From the NCBI GenBank assembly GCA_949319355.1, contig CASGHA010000141.1:1-40995 (forward strand): 40,995 nt of DNA. Reading direction: 5' to 3'. The position numbers were made by a program, and so were the translations under genes. The notes beneath the pieces are model-generated. The model saw nothing but the letters and a program-made list of their open reading frames with translations. It made no database searches and was not told the origin of the DNA. Each line of letters starts with the position of its first letter. Positions within the stretch are counted from its first letter, which is position 1. The stretch is from an uncultured Methanospirillaceae archaeon (GTDB lineage: Archaea > Halobacteriota > Methanomicrobia > Methanomicrobiales > Methanospirillaceae). This document shows positions 40,462 to 40,995 of this stretch, in pieces.

Positions 40462-40995
40462 TCTTTATCCGTCCCCTGCTGATAACCAGGTTTGCAATCA
40501 GTGCCTCCATCTGGATGTCGCTGTTGGCGCCTTCAGATATCCTGAAATCTGTTTCCCCCAGGTGATCAATGATAGTTGCCTTGACCCCGCGGTCCAGGTC
40601 TGTTTTAATGACGGCACGATAGAGTTGCGAGATAAGTTCCTGGGGTGCGATGCCTCGTTCATGGAGGAGGTCACCAAGGAGGCGGCCAGCGGCATTAAAG
40701 TCCTCTTTAAGGGCAAGGTCGAGCAGTTCGGTGATCTCTTCAGGCCGTGCCGTGGCCGTAATGGCGTACACCATGCGGTCCTCGATTGCAGGGCTGATGA
40801 TGGCGGCCCCCTGTACTGCGTTGATCGCCTTGCGCATGTCTCCCTGGGCAACATATACGACCGCATCAACGGCAGCCGGAGTGAGGGTGAGGCCTTCCTT
40901 GGTCGCGATTCGTTGTACCATGGTGACAATGGCCTGCTTCTGCAATGGCCTGAAACGGTAGATGGCACAACGGGACTGTATCGGATCGATTATCT
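40451..40995 (-). CDS. rfcS: Replication factor C small subunit, C-terminal part (5' end outside the window)
   Basis: The frame is open to the window edge: [23 protein letters not shown]...[16 protein letters not shown] (SRC motif, sensor 2). The track's Met at 40945 is a TTG inside the gene. Its stop overlaps the MCM start by 11 nt. Confidence 0.9.
   Translation of the reverse strand, partial: IIDPIQSRCAIYRFRPLQKQAIVTMVQRIATKEGLTLTPAAVDAVVYVAQGDMRKAINAVQGAAIISPAIEDRMVYAITATARPEEITELLDLALKEDFNAAGRLLGDLLHERGIAPQELISQLYRAVIKTDLDRGVKATIIDHLGETDFRISEGANSDIQMEALIANLVISRGRIKNGG

Overview
Apart from its first ~880 nt, this 41-kb window reads as chromosome of a euryarchaeal methanogen of the Methanomicrobia type. 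Support: about 55% G+C by spot counts, cofE for F420, an mptD-like methanopterin gene, the archaeal pantoate-kinase route to CoA, MCM/RFC, and PKD / PGF-pre-PGF style surface proteins. Left edge (1-878): 60-68% G+C, holding the 3' end of a bacterial-type IS110-family transposase plus a ~300-nt non-coding tail. The tail abuts a pelota gene cut off after its N-terminal domain, so this is either a real IS insertion or an assembly chimera. 0.9-6.3 kb: a ribosome rescue/quality-control neighbourhood (NFACT/RqcH-like -> pelota; small membrane protein -> ABCE1) and cofE. 6.6-22 kb: a cell-envelope island dominated by a tightly packed four-gene minus-strand operon (~3,600 codons) for secreted, sequon-rich, Cys-rich/PKD proteins. 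Three of these end in the same uncharacterised, internally duplicated 170-aa 'twin-GWN' C-terminal domain, and the fourth is a membrane anchor. I consider this the best candidate for an undescribed system here. The island also holds two divergently transcribed surface proteins sharing a TTKKSPL-TM sorting-signal-like C-terminus, and a translationally coupled DUF1616 membrane protein. 22-28.5 kb: a seven-gene membrane-associated MoxR AAA+/DUF58/DUF4350/DUF4129 operon of unknown function. 29-41 kb: an almost gap-free minus-strand array of housekeeping genes (RFC small subunit, MCM, MptD-like, TatD-like, DUF424, NMD3, Trm5-like, CoaBC, pantoate kinase, phosphopantothenate synthetase, a divergent RFC-small paralogue, a SAM methyltransferase). 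I recognised no rRNA, tRNA or CRISPR array. All calls rest on motif recognition by eye plus the supplied ORF track; no database search or folding program was available.
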